Shown one piece after another: positions 25,032 through 38,594 of a stretch of 64,000 bases of DNA. The translations under genes and the position numbers were made by a program. The stretch's first letter is position 1, and each line of letters starts with the position of its first letter. The stretch comes from Hyphochytrium catenoides. Taxonomy: Eukaryota > Protista > Hyphochytriomycota. The stretch covers positions 1 to 64,000 of the forward strand of contig FLMG01002343.1 of the NCBI GenBank assembly GCA_900088475.1, written 5' to 3'. A model generated the notes under the pieces. It was not told the DNA's origin and made no database searches. It saw only the letters and a list, made by a program, of their open reading frames with translations.

Positions 25032-25792
25032 TTTTGTCCCTCACTCAAAAAGATATTGGCAACTTCGCTCTCATAACCATAGCTCTTTGTCTCTTTGTGT
25101 CGTTCTCTTTTCTGTGCTTCGCGCCTCCTCTTCGACTACATTCACTATATATCCTAACTTTTCTCCTCTCTCTTTCTCTCTCTCTCTCTTCCCCTCTCTC
25201 TCCCCCATCCGACTGCTTCTTTGTGTCTCTCTCTCTCGTGCGCGGCCAGCCAGGAAATCCGAAGCCCCGAATGTTCCGTCTGGTGGAAGACAGAGCAGTG
25301 ATCAACCGCTATGGTTTTAATAGCGAGGGGATAGAGGCTGTGGCGAAGAGACTGAGAGAGAGAGAAGGGAAGAGAGAAGAGAAGAGAGACGAAGGCGCAG
25401 GAGAGAGAGAGAGAGAGGGTCTGCTAGGTGTAAACCTAGGGAAGAACAAGACGAGCGCTGATGCTGTTGCGGACTATGTGAAGGGAGTGGACGGGCTCAT
25501 AGAGTTTGCAGACTATCTGGTGATCAATGTCTCCTCTCCTAACACGCCAGGACTAAGAGCACTGCAGGTGAGTCACTTCTCTCTCTTGCTTTCTCTCTCT
25601 CGCTCTCTCTCTGTTCATCTCTCTCTTCCTTGTTATCTCTCTTCGTTGCTCTCTCTCTTTTTCTTACTCTGTTTTCGTTGTGTGTTCCCTCTCTCTTTTG
25701 CTCTCTCTGCCTCTCCATTCTGCGTTTTTCTCCTCTCCTCATCTATCTCCCTCTACCTCATCGCGTTTCTGCGCGGTCCACATGTCTCTCTT

Positions 25793-25838
<46 letters not shown>

Positions 25839-26540
25839 CTCTACCTCTACCTCTACCTCTACCTCAACCTTTCCGGCCTTGTGCCTTGCCCTGTCTCTGG
25901 TGGTTCCTCTTTCTTTCTTCTCGTTCGATCTTTCTACTTTATATGGCTCTGTCTCTCAAACATCCTAACCTGCAGGGACTCTCTTGTTTCTCTCTTGATG
26001 CCTTTGTTTCTCTCTCTCTCTCTCTCTCTCTTGTTTCTCTCTCGATGCCCTCGTACGATAGCTTTCTTCTTGTTATGCCAAATATAGTTCAACTCACGCT
26101 CTCTGTCTCTCTCTTTGTCTCGTTCTCTCTTCTCTCTACCTCTCTCCTTCTCCTGATGTGCCTTCCACGTACTCTATGCGTCTATCTCTCTCTGTCTCTC
26201 TCTCTCTCTACTTTTCTCTCTCCTTCTCTTTCCTGATCTCTTCGCACTTTTTGCCTCGTTTCAGGGAAAGGATGAGCTCCGCAGCATTATCAAAGGAGTG
26301 CAGGGCGCTATTCAGAAAAATAAGGGGAAATGGAAGAGAGGGAAAGCGGGAGAGAGAGAGAGAGCTCCTCCTCTCTTGGTGAAGATTGCTCCTGACCTGG
26401 TGGCGGTAGACAGAGAAGACATTGCGGCCGTAGCCTTGGAGACAAAGATTGACGGGATCATTGTCTCCAACACCACCATTAGCAGGCCAGCAGTTCTCAA
26501 GAGGTGAGAGAGAGAGAGGGAGAGAGAGAGCAAGAGCAAA

Positions 26541-26575
<35 letters not shown>

Positions 26576-26977
26576 CATACACAGAGTGAGGGCGAGAGAC
26601 ACAGGGAGGTAGAGAGTGTGAAGAGAGAGAGACAGAGAGAGGCACACCCACAAAGAGAGAGAGAGAAAAAGGAGAAAGGGGAAGGGGGAGAGAGGTGAAG
26701 AGAGAGAAAGAAGAGGGAGAAGAGAGACAGTGACTTGGAGGGAGGGAGGACCAGGAGAAAGAGGCAGAGAGAGAACAGGCTACACTATACACAACGACGA
26801 GGAGAGGATGAAAAGAGAGAGAGAAGAGAGAGAGAGACTTGACTTGAAAGAGGCTAAGAAGAAGAGAGACAAGATTGGGAGAGACTTGACTCGAAGGATG
26901 CCAAGAAGTGCCGTGAAGGATATCAGGGCTGCAGAGGAGCTACCGCGCTGAAAGCACATATTCATGCCACATCTTTC

Positions 26978-27037
<60 letters not shown>

Positions 27038-27355
27038 AGCCCTTTCAAGAGTGAGACTGGCGGTCTGAGCGGCGCTCCTCTAAAGCCTCTCGCCCAAGAA
27101 ACATTGCGAGAAATGTTCAAGCTTACGAAAGGAAACATTCCCTTGGTCGGGGTCGGAGGCATAGAGACAGGGGAAGACGCCTATGAAAGAATCAGATGGG
27201 GCGCGTCTCTCGTGCAACTTTACTCTGGCTTGGTCTACCAGGGACCTGGCGCCGTGAGGCGAGTGAAGAGAGAACTGGCGCAGTGTCTCCGGAGAGACGG
27301 CTTCTCGAGCGTCCAGGAGGCTGTGGGCGTTGATGTGAGGAGAGAGAAGAGATAA
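23017..27355 (+). CDS. DHODH: Dihydroorotate dehydrogenase (quinone), class 2, mitochondrial; 6 exons, about 454 aa
   Basis: Exons 23017-23166, 23661-23834, 24501-24668, 25250-25567, 26265-26503, 27040-27355; all GT-AG and in phase. Arg/Ser-rich presequence and TM anchor, then [44 protein letters not shown], catalytic-Ser loop [32 protein letters not shown]. Confidence 0.97.
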
Positions 27356-27356
27356 A

Positions 27357-27409
<53 letters not shown>

Positions 27410-27410
27410 C

Positions 27411-27453
<43 letters not shown>

Positions 27454-28382
27454 GAGAGAACAGAGAGATGAAGAGCTGGAAGCAGTGGGCAGGAGAGGAT
27501 GCTGAGGACAGGCACGCCATGGAGACAAAGTATAGTTGGAGACATGTACAGAGTGATAGAAAATAAGAAAGAGAGAGACACAGAGAGAGAGAAATGTGCG
27601 TGCGGCGTTGAGCTGCATTAAGCTTGTAGGGATGATCGGGAGCAATTGCTGACCTAAAACGAGGACAAGCACCTTGTAAACTGAAGAAAAGGATTACGAG
27701 CAGAGGAGACGAGGGGAGAGAGAGAGAGAGGGAGAGAGAGAGACTCTCCAGGAGCGACGGTTGGAAGCCACTTGGCGATGCTTAAGATGGAAACGGGGGC
27801 ATTCAATCTATTAAACGCCACCAGTTACTGGCCCTCTCTATAATATATGGAAAACCAACATCCTGGCTGGTCTCTTTCTCTCTGTCTCGGTTTCTCTCTC
27901 TCTCTCTCTCACTCCTCCCTTTGTTTCTTTATGAAAATAAAAAGCCTTTTTGATGCGAGCAAAAGGGACAAGTTCTTCAAGAGAGGAGACAAGAGCAAGC
28001 CATTTCTTCCTTGTCCAAGGTCGTACCATTGCTAATGAATAGGAGATCGATTTTGACTCTCTCTTTTGTTTCCTCTTCTTCTCCAAGAGCTCTTTCCCCC
28101 CCTCTCTCTCTCTTCCGCTATCGCTTTAAATTTTACTTCCACGTCGCTCTTTCTTCCTCTCTCCAGCATTCTTCCTTGGTTTCCGTCGCAAAGTCTCTCT
28201 CTCTCTCTCTCCTTTTCTCACCCCATCAATAAACATAAACCCATCCATAGTCCTGAGGGAGAGACAGAGAGACGGCGAAAGTACGACGAGAGAGAGACGT
28301 GGAAAGGGACAAGCTTATTTGAACCAGAGAGCACCTTTTTCATTGACTTTCTCTTATAGAGCACATCATCCCTGTCTCTCTC

Positions 28383-28498
28383 TTACTTGAGAGGAATAAA
28401 TCGAGAGGAGTTGGTGGCGCCGATACCAGGGCGGCCGTGTGCTACAGGCTTGTACGAGATAGAGAACTCACCGAGGTAGTGGCCTACCATCTCAGGCT

Positions 28499-28531
<33 letters not shown>

Positions 28532-28672
28532 CGCCGCGTTAGAAAAAAGAGTAGAGAGAGAGAGATATTATGAAGAGAGAAAGCAGAAGCACAAAGTCAT
28601 AAATTCAGTGACTACAAAAGAAGAAGAGAAGAAACGAAGACGGACGAGAAAGATATCGTAAGACAGGACCGG

Positions 28673-28743
<71 letters not shown>

Positions 28744-29091
28744 CGCACCCACCTTGATCTCAATGCCGTTGAAAGCCTTGCCGTTGTACACGCCAACAAT
28801 AGAGCCAATCATCTCAGGCACAATGATCATGTTTCTAAGGTGAGTCTTGATGCCCATCGGCTTCTCAAGCGGTCCAGCCTCTTTCTTGGCCTTTCTCAAT
28901 CTCTTGATCAGCGCCATTGGCTTTCTCTTGAGACCGCGGGAGAAGCGGCGGCGAGCGCGGGCGTGGACGAGCTCCATCAGCTGCTCGTTCTTAAGATCGA
29001 GAAGCTTGTCCAGATCCACACCGCGGAAGGTAAACTTCTTGAAGGTGCGCTTCTTGCGGATGGCGGCGATCTCCTCCTCGGTCTTCTCCAT
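28383..29091 (-). CDS. RPS15: 40S ribosomal protein S15 (uS19); 2 exons, 150 aa
   Basis: Exons 29091-28753 and 28496-28383 (GT-AG, phase 0). [15 protein letters not shown]...[16 protein letters not shown]...[37 protein letters not shown]. Confidence 0.99.
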
Positions 29092-29739
29092 GGTTCACTG
29101 AGAAAGAGAGAGAGAGAGAGAGAGTAATGAGTGGCAGGAGAATGGAGCCGGTGGAACAGGAGTCGGAAGAGAGAGAGAGAGAGAGAGAGGGAGCCCTACA
29201 AAACCCAAGTGTCTCTTCCACTGAAAAGGGAAGTAAAATAGAGAAAGGATTCAGAAGAGCACGCAATCAGCTGAGAAATATGACTCTTTCTCGGGACAAA
29301 GATCCGTCTCTTCCAAAAAAAGTCTCCGTATCAGCCAAGCAGAACAACAGAAGTCCCTTTTTTCATTGAAGATCTTGGTCTTCTCTCTTCCCTTCCAGCT
29401 GCTTTTCTCTCTTTCTCTTTCTCTCTGGCTTTCCACGTAGTTGGTTCTCTCTCTCATTAGCTGCAGATAGTCCATGCATTACCTGTATTTTAGTGCTGTT
29501 CTGTCCCTACAAAGGGCGGATGATGTGCACAGAGATTCTGGAGAAATGTCTGAAGCTTTCTTGGCCTTCTCTCTCTCTCTCTCTCTCTTTNNNNNNNNNN
29601 NNNNNNNNNNNNNNNNNNNNNNNNNNNNNNNNNNNNNNNNNCTCTCTCTTTTTTCTCTCCATAGAGCGCCGCTCTGCCGCTGGTGATCCAGCGCCGGCCG
29701 CGGAGCTGGTGGTGCCCAGCCATCAGCAATCAGAGCCGC

Positions 29740-30042
29740 TAACGTCTCTATTTACCTTAGTATTACTATGCCGGATTTATAGGATTAGAGCCTAGGGCTA
29801 GCATACAATTATTACTATTTTGAGGTGGGCAAGATTGGTGGAAATATTACTAAGCTTGGCTTTTCGCTTTATATGTGAGGAAATTAGATATAATAATAGG
29901 CGCGCAGAATAGGGGTCGAGTGCTTGTGATAAATCAACGAAGGTAGTTACTGATGATCTTTAGCCGGTTATCAGTATAGACAATAGTAGGATTATCAATT
30001 CGTGAAGTTGAAGTTTGGCTTCAGTAAATTCTTGTTCAAGTG
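29740..30042. promoter_or_regulatory. Putative RPS15 promoter island
   Basis: AT-rich, repeat-free island about 650-950 bp upstream of the RPS15 ATG. Contains CCTAGGGCTA (29791-29800). Confidence 0.35.
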
Positions 30043-30548
30043 NNNNNNNNNNNNNNNNNNNNNNNNNNNNNNNNNNNNNNNNNNNNNNNNNNNNNNNNNN
30101 NNNNNNNNNNNNNNNNNNNNNNNNNNNNNNNNNTCTGTTAAACCTTCCCCCCCCCCTTCTTTATCATCTTTCTCCTTCCCTATCTTCCCTCCGTCTCCAT
30201 GCTGGCTCGCTTCTCCCATCTTTGGTCTGGAAGCATGAGACCGACCGTCTCTCCCAGTGAACGCGGTTTGCCACCTCAACTGGTCTCTCCCTCCCCTCTG
30301 GGTCCGCATCTCATTCTCTCTCTCTCTCTTTCTCTCTCTCTCTCCTTCCCACATACACTAGTCTCTCTCTCCCTCTCTCTTTGTTGAGGATGGAGCTTCG
30401 TCATAGCGATTGACAGAGAAGAGAGAAAGAGAAAGAAGAAGAGAGAAGAGGCATTTTCTTTGGTCTTCACCTTTTTTAGTTATAAAGAAGACGTGCCGCC
30501 TTTTTGTCTCTCTCTCTCTCTTTCTCTCCTCTGTCTCTCTTTTTCCGT

Positions 30549-31483
30549 CTACTTTCTGTTTACTTCAGGAAGCTTTACGGTCGCCGCTGGGGAAGACGAC
30601 GGCGTGGAAGAGAGAGAAAGAGAAGAGAGAGTCGGCACTGCAGGAGAGAGAGAAGCACTCTTTCTCCCTTCCGTCACTATCTTTACAGGGTCAATGTTCA
30701 CTCTCTTTCCCCTAGGAAACTCTCTGTCTGTCACCTCTCTTCCTCTCGGGATATTATAATGGTCCAACTCTACTCTGCTGGCGTTCCCGTCTCTCCCTTT
30801 CTTCTCTCTCTCCGGACTGGTGATCATCGCCATGTGCCCGTGAGGAGTGCTCTCGATCTTGCCTGGAGAGAGAGAGACAGGCGGAGGGAGAGAGAGAGAA
30901 CGAGGGAGAGAGAGAAAGAGAGAGAGAGGAAAATGTACCGCTTAAGAGGAGAAAGAGGGACACAAAGAAAGAGTATCCATTCCTCCCTTTCTCATATTAC
31001 CCAAGGGTCCGCTTTTCCTATCTTTCTTCTTTCTCTGCCCTTTCTCTCTCTCTCTCTCTCTCCGCCCTAGTTTCTCTCTCTCTCTCCGCCCCAGTTTCTC
31101 TCTCTCTCTCCATAATACTTCTCCCTCTTCTTCTCTCTCTCTCTCTCCCTCTTCCCTTTCTCCTTCTGTTGGCAAAGCGCTCTCTTCTCATTTCTTCTCC
31201 TCCAATCCTCTATCCGCTCTCTCTTTCTCTCTCCCTCTTCTTCTTCTCTCTCTCTCTCTCTCTCTCTCCGTCTCTCTCTCTCTCTCTCTCTCTCTTCCCC
31301 CTCCTTCTTACCTGTCTCCCAGAGTCTAACGTCCAGCACTTCCCTTCCAAGCTTCTCTTTCTTCCTTGCCTGAGGGTCGATCAATGTTTTCTCTTCTTCC
31401 TCCTTGTCCAACACCCGAGACGTGGGATCTTCCAGTTTGCCTAATAAAACAGAGGGATAAGGAGAGAGAAGAGAAGAGGGACG

Positions 31484-31515
<32 letters not shown>

Positions 31516-31652
31516 ACGAGAGAGAGACGAGAAGAGAAGAAGAGGGACATGGAGACAGAGAGAGAGAGAGAGAGGAGAGAGGGAGGAGAGAGAGAAAGAG
31601 AGAGAGGGGACTTGCTTAGTCAATTGAAGGGCCGCAGGGTATAGACCTCTTA

Positions 31653-31691
<39 letters not shown>

Positions 31692-31900
31692 CTCTCTCTG
31701 TCTCTCTCTTCTCCACCTCTACATCTCTCTCCCCCACCACACCTCTTACATATCTCTCTCTCTCTCTCGCACCCTCTTCCGTCGCACGCTCATTACCGCC
31801 CTCATTTCACTTGTCCTGTGGTCCAGTGTCTCGGGTCCTTCTCTTCTTGCGCTCTCCTCTCTCCTCTCTCTCTTTCCCGTGCTTCCACTGTCTCCCTCTC

Positions 31901-31947
<47 letters not shown>

Positions 31948-32050
31948 TACAGGACTTTCTTTTGCCCGCCCATCTTTTCTCTAGTCACAACGGGTAAAGC
32001 TCATCAATGATGCACCGTGCTTCTCTCTTCTTCTTCTCTCTCTCTTTCTT

Positions 32051-32108
<58 letters not shown>

Positions 32109-32694
32109 ACCCAGTTTGGCCTTAATACTCTGTCTGTTAGCTTCCATGGGATCATAGTCACTTTCTATGATTGTGTCGCGGAAGATTGCGCCCTTGCGAT
32201 TCGTCGCGTCCAAGAATTCTTGATAAAAAGCGTTTCTCTTTGCGCTCATCTCCGCGTAACTCTAGACAGAGAGAGAGAGAGAGCATGCATAAAAAAGAGA
32301 GAGAAAGAGAGGATAAACACCGTGAGAGGGAGAGAGAGAGGGAGAGAGAGAGTACGCAAAAAAAAAGAGAGAAAGAGAGGATAAACACGGTGAGAGAGAG
32401 AGGGGGGAGAGAGAGAAAGAGAGGATAAATACGGAGGGAGAGAGAGAGGAGAGAGAGTACGCAAAAAGGAGAAAGAAAGAGAAGATAAACACGGTGAGAG
32501 AGAGAAGGGGGGAGAGGGAGAGAGAGAGAGAGAAAGAGAGGATAAACACGGTGAGAGAGAGAGAGAGTACGCCAAAAAAGAGAGAGAAAGAGAGGAAAGC
32601 ACGGAGAGTGAGAGGGGGGGGGNNNNNNNNNNNNNNNNNNNNNNNNNNNNNNNNNNNNNNNNNNNNNNNNNNNNNNNNNNNNNNNNNNNNNNNN

Positions 32695-32728
<34 letters not shown>

Positions 32729-33054
32729 TTCCCTATCTGTGTGACGAATAGGGAGAAGTACTGGCCACGGGAGAGAATGTGGTTCTTACGGATAGGTTGG
32801 CTGGGAGGAGAGAGAAGTGAGAGAGTAAAGAGACAAGAGAGAATGGGGACTAAGAGAATGAAGGGAGAGAAAGAGAGAGAGAGAGAGAGAGTAATTACTT
32901 GTTGATTCACTTTCTCCATGATGGCGCCCATAATCTTCTGATGCACATTTTGGTTCCAGGTGTCGAACTCTTTCTTTCTCTTTCTCTCCGCCTCCTGCTC
33001 CTGCAGATCCAGTTCGTGGCCTATCTCAGCAGCCAGCGCACGACCCTCCTGTGA

Positions 33055-33094
<40 letters not shown>

Positions 33095-33240
33095 TGACCG
33101 ACAGAAAGAGAGGGAGAGAGAAAGAGAGAAATAGATGGAGAAGGAGAGAGTTTTAGAGTACGGAGAGGGAACATCGCGAATTAAAACCGTGATCACGTCA
33201 AAGAAGAGAAATAGTAGCATCAGCATAGCCACAGAGGAAA

Positions 33241-33271
<31 letters not shown>

Positions 33272-33617
33272 GAGAAAGGAAATATAATGACGCTGAAGGG
33301 AGAGAAGAGTAATCTCATAGGTAGACAATAAAGGAGAAAGTAGGAATGTACGGAGAGAATGATGCCACTGGGAGAAAGAGCTGCATGGGAGAGAGAAAAA
33401 GTGCCTGCAACAAGGTAGAGAAACAGAGAGAGAGAGAGAGAACGGACCATGACACTGTTCAGATTTCGCTCAAACTTCTCTTCTCGAAGCTTTTGAGCAC
33501 GTGCCACTCGCTCCTTCAGCTCCCGCTGGTTAGCAGCTGCTTTCGCAGCCTTAAAAAGTGAGAAAGAGAGAGAGAGAGATCCGAAAACCCAGACAGACAG
33601 AGAGGGAGAGAGAGACG

Positions 33618-33653
<36 letters not shown>

Positions 33654-33759
33654 AAAGAGAGTCATAAGGAACTGTCTTTTCACACATTTGGGAAACCCCA
33701 GTGCCCATCAGGGGCAGAGAGATAATGGAGAGAGACTACCCATACAGAGATAGCAAGAA

Positions 33760-33794
<35 letters not shown>

Positions 33795-34101
33795 GAGAGA
33801 CACTGAGAGAGAGAAGAAGCAGGGAGAGAGAGAGAGGAAAAGAGCAAAAAGGGACTAACACGCAATGCAAAGTGGAAGGCTTTTGAGAACATTTACCTGC
33901 TCACGGCAGAATTGGTCGTATCGACGAGCCATTTTTTCCTGGAGAGACACAGTGAGAGAGAAAGAGAGAGAGAGAGAGAAAGAACGAGAAAACGAGAGAG
34001 GGTAGAGAGAGAAGGAGAGGGAAAGAGAGAAACAGGCTGCCAGAAAGAGGAGGCACAGAAAGAGAAAGAAAGCAACGGATGAGGAGAGAGTTAAGAGGTT
34101 G

Positions 34102-34152
<51 letters not shown>

Positions 34153-34462
34153 GGTGAAAAAGATACTGCCAATTCCCAGGGCAAGAGTTGGCCAAGATAC
34201 ACAGAGAAGACAGAGGAAGAAAGCAGCCATGCCAAACCTCATTGCTTATTCCTTTCCCCTACAAAGCAAGAGAGGAAAGAAAACGTGAGGAACGCAGAGA
34301 ACGGAGAAAAAGGAAGAGAGAGAGAGAAAAATCACACGTACAGAGAGAGATTGAGAGAGACAGGGAGAAAACGGAAGAAGAGACACACAGAGAGACGGAA
34401 GAGAGGAAGAGAGAAAGAGAGAGAGAGAGTCATAGTGAGAGGTACAAGAAAGAAAAAAAGAA

Positions 34463-34510
<48 letters not shown>

Positions 34511-34670
34511 AGGTGGAAAGGGAGAGAGGAGAGGAGATAGGTCAACCTTCTTTTGTGAATGGTTTGCCTCTGCCTGAAGGTCCCTGAGGGTTCCGTCGTT
34601 CCCGCAAATAGGAACAACCAGGAAAAGAGAGGGAAGAAGAGGATTAAAAAAAAAGAGAAAAGAGAAAAGA

Positions 34671-34706
<36 letters not shown>

Positions 34707-35038
34707 CTCTGGCCTTAGAAAGTGCAATGCACCAACATAACCGTGGAAGAAATAATCAACCGACATCATTCTCTCTCTTTTTCGTTTTTTCATCGTTTCT
34801 CTCTCGCTCATCGACACCGCTTGCTCTTCCTCTTGATGTTCTCTCTCCCTCTCCATCTTCTTCTTCTCTCCCACTGTTTGTCTGTCGCGACCTTATCTTA
34901 TTGTGCCTCTCTCAATGTTCCCTGCATTCCTCTCGGTTATCACTCATCGGTCTCTTCTTTCTCTCTCTCTTCCTCTCACACACATACACTCTCTCTCACT
35001 CACAATCTCTCTCTCTCCTTTCTCTCGCTCTCTCGCTC

Positions 35039-35073
<35 letters not shown>

Positions 35074-35295
35074 CTGTCCTCTCTTCTCTCTCTCTCTCTC
35101 TCTCTTTCGCCCATTACAGGTCTTCCCTCTCTCGGTTTCTCTCTTTCTCTCTCTCTCCCCGTGTTACCTGTTTTGCTGTGAGTCCAGTGTCTCTTCATCT
35201 TCTCCGACCAGCTCTCCTAGCAGCGCCTCAGAATACACGCGCACCGTCCCCGAAGGGACAGGAGAGGGAGAGAGAGTGCCGATAAACTTGTCTTT
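30549..35295 (-). CDS. FAM228-like conserved protein; at least 8 exons, 5' end lost in gap 35296-35376
   Basis: Exons (-): >35295-35168, 34583-34547, 33938-33897, 33549-33448, 33048-32899, 32261-32111, 31440-31312, 30862-30549; all GT-AG and phase-consistent. Sequence RKRKKEFDTWNQNVHQKI...YQEFLDATNRKGAIFRDTIIESDYDPM...KLEDP resembles FAM228 proteins as I recall them. The gene model is well supported; the family call is less certain. Confidence 0.7.
32290..32612 (+). repeat. Compound intronic minisatellite
   Basis: About 6 imperfect copies of AAAGAGAGGATAAACACGGTGAGAG interleaved with 3 copies of GAGAGTACGC(A/C)AAAA, separated by variable GA runs. Confidence 0.85.
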
Positions 35296-36201
35296 NNNNN
35301 NNNNNNNNNNNNNNNNNNNNNNNNNNNNNNNNNNNNNNNNNNNNNNNNNNNNNNNNNNNNNNNNNNNNNNNNNNNNACAGAGAGAGAAACAGAGAGAGAA
35401 ACAGAGAGAGAAACAGAGAGAGAGTAAAGCCTATGAAAGACTGAGCCGCTTGTCTTTTGATCAGAATGATCAGAAAGGGAAGAGACTTATAGAGAGAGAA
35501 AAAGAAAGAGAGAGAGAGAGAGAGAAAAAAAGAGAAAGAAAGCCGGAAGAGACGATCGAATGAGGAAGATGCACCTGCGAATGCGGAGAAGAGAGAGAGG
35601 TCAGAGAGAGAGAGAAGGTGCAGAGCGAGATGCTCCAGATGAACGAGGAGGAGGAGGGAGGTAGAGAGCTTGGAGGTAGAGTTGAGACCGAGAAGAGACC
35701 CGCAGGAGACGCAGAAGAGGAAGAAGTGGCAGAGAAGGAAAAGGATTGCAAGAGAGAGAACAGAGAGAGAGAGGGAGAGACAGAGAGAGAGAAAGAGAAA
35801 GAGAAAAGACTGGGAAGGGAGAGCTTTCAGCCGCTAAGACAGAGAGAGCGTGGGCGCGCTGGAAGAGAGAAGAAACCCACACCACACCCAAGAGACCCAG
35901 AGAGAGCAGAGAGAAGACGACGAGGGCCCGAAAAAGAGAAGACCGAGAGAGAGAGAGAAAAGGAGGCGAGGGGGGGGGAGGGNNNNNAGAGAGAGACAGA
36001 GAGAGAAGTGGAGTAATGAATGATATGATGATGGCCATGAAACCCCCAAGGTCTCCCTATAGGCTTCATTCCGAATAGCCTTGTATACGTCGGGATTATC
36101 CCTCATAGAACCCCTCTAATGCGTAATATATTCCTCACTTTACCCAAAAGACACAGCGAGAGATAGACTGGGTGGGGGAGAGAGAGGAGAGAGGAGGAGA
36201 G

Positions 36202-36257
<56 letters not shown>

Positions 36258-36415
36258 GAGAGAAGGATAAGAGAGAGAGAGAGCACACATGCAGACAGGG
36301 ATGCAGACGAAGGAAAGGCATGCTGCGGGAATTAGTTGGCCGACGAAAGGCGCTAAGATCCGGAGGATAATGCTTTCTAATACCTCTTGCCTCTGTCTTT
36401 CACAGCTCTGAACTT

Positions 36416-36469
<54 letters not shown>

Positions 36470-36985
36470 CTCTCTCTCTTCTTTGTCTTAACCTTTGCTC
36501 AGTCTCTCTTCTCCCCTCTCTCAGTCAACTGTGTTTTTATTTGTCTACCATTCAGACGAGACCTCGTGGTACATCTTAAGAAAAATATTGTTCTTCTGCG
36601 CGTCTCTCCTTCTGTCTTTCTCTCTCACGCAGGCACAGTCTCTCTCTCCCTCCCACTCTCTCTCCTCCCTTCCAACAACCCCTTACCTCACTCTCTGCCT
36701 TCTTTTCTTTCCTTCCTCAACACAAGACTTCTCTCTTCCTCTTCTACTCGCTCTTCTTTCTCTTGCTCTCCCTCTTGACCCGTCTGTCTGTCTCTCTCTC
36801 TCTCCTTTTCTTTTTCTTTCTCAACTATAACATAGCTTTATATGCTTTCAATCCTCAATAATTTGGTTGATAATAAAGGGAAAAGACCTTGAAACACCTA
36901 TCTTTTGAGAGCAAAAGCGAGAGAGGAGAGAGAGAGAGAAAAACGCGAGAGAGACCTCTTCTCTCTCTTCACTTCTCTTGGGTCT

Positions 36986-37082
36986 CTAGAGACGCAGTCC
37001 TGTGCCCACACCAACGAAGATAGCGACGATGACGAGCCCGATAATGAGCAACATGCACTGCTTCTTCCTGCAGGGGTAAAGC

Positions 37083-37138
<56 letters not shown>

Positions 37139-37428
37139 AAGAGAAGGGGGTTGAGAAGGAGAAGTAAGAAAGAGTTTAGAAACGTAGAAAGGCCACCAAG
37201 TAGTCACACAGGAGAACAACGTTGACCTCTCAACTCTCTCTCTTTCTCTCTCTCTCTCTCCTTATCTCGCTTTCTCTCTGTCTCTTTTCCTCTCTCTCTC
37301 TCTCTCCTCCCTCTCTCCCAGTCGTTTTTGTTGTTTTTGATCTTAGTCCTCTCTCTCCCGGTTCGGTTTCATCTCTTTTTCCTTATGCCAACCCGAGCTT
37401 GAAATGATTCTCTCTCTCTCTCTCCGTT

Positions 37429-37484
<56 letters not shown>

Positions 37485-38021
37485 CTTGTCTTCTTCTGAT
37501 GTTCAATGGCCTTGGTCATCTCTTCATTGCCTCTCTCAATATAATCCGAGGCTGCCTGCACCTGGTGCTCAATCTGGTCCAACATCTCTCCCTGCTCATT
37601 CACTAAGAGAGCAAGGTCCAGGAACATCTGATGGAGCTCCGCCACACTTCTCTCCAGACGAAGGACGTCCTAGAGAGAGAGAGAGAGAGAAAGAGAAAGA
37701 GAGAGAGAGAGAGAGAGACAAGGAACAGAGAGGGGAGAAGACGAGATGGGGTTATTCGAGGAGGAAACGGGCCGGGAGAGAGAGAGAAAGAGAGGTCAGA
37801 AGAGAGAAAAAGTCAGACAGGCAGGAGAGAGAGAGAGACAGAAGAATGGAAGTCAGTGGACAGGAAAGAGAGGGAGAGAGCGGAGTGTTGTCTCCACGAG
37901 AGAGAGAAAAATGTTGTAAGCCAGAGCAAGTAGGGAAAAGAGAGAGCGAAGAGGAGAGAGAAAATGCAAATCTAGGCAAGACGGAGGGAGAGAGAGACGA
38001 TGGCAGGGAGAGAGAGAGAGA

Positions 38022-38052
<31 letters not shown>

Positions 38053-38404
38053 TTTACCTGGTACTTGTCATGAGCATTCATAAAGGCGTGCTGAATAGCA
38101 TCATTGGCGTTGCCCTAGAGAGAGAGACAGAGAAAGAGAGAAAGAAAGAAGAAGACGCTCCATTAGCCTCTCTCCTTCCCGTTCAGTTAACACATCCTCT
38201 CTCCGCTCTCTTTTTTGCTTTTCTGCTGCTTTTTCTCTATTTCCTTTTCCTCATTCTCTCTCAGTCTTTCTCTATCTCTCTGTCTCTCCTTCCTTCTTAC
38301 TTTCAACTTTTGCCCCTTCCCTGGCTTCTGCTGTTTTTAGAAGCCCTCTCTTTTTGTCTTTCTCCCTCTTTCTCTCTCATCTTCTCTCCTATTTCTCTCC
38401 TATT

Positions 38405-38448
<44 letters not shown>

Positions 38449-38542
38449 NNNNNNNNNNNNNNNNNNNNNNNNNNNNNNNNNNNNNNNNNNNNNNNNNNNN
38501 NNNNNNNNNNNNNNNNNNNNNNNNNNNNNNNNNNNNNNNNNN

Positions 38543-38594
<52 letters not shown>

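Noticed and set aside
32290-32612. Repeat-spacer-like pattern suggestive of CRISPR
   Set aside because: The spacers are GA microsatellite, the repeats are degenerate, the site is inside a eukaryotic intron and there are no cas genes.
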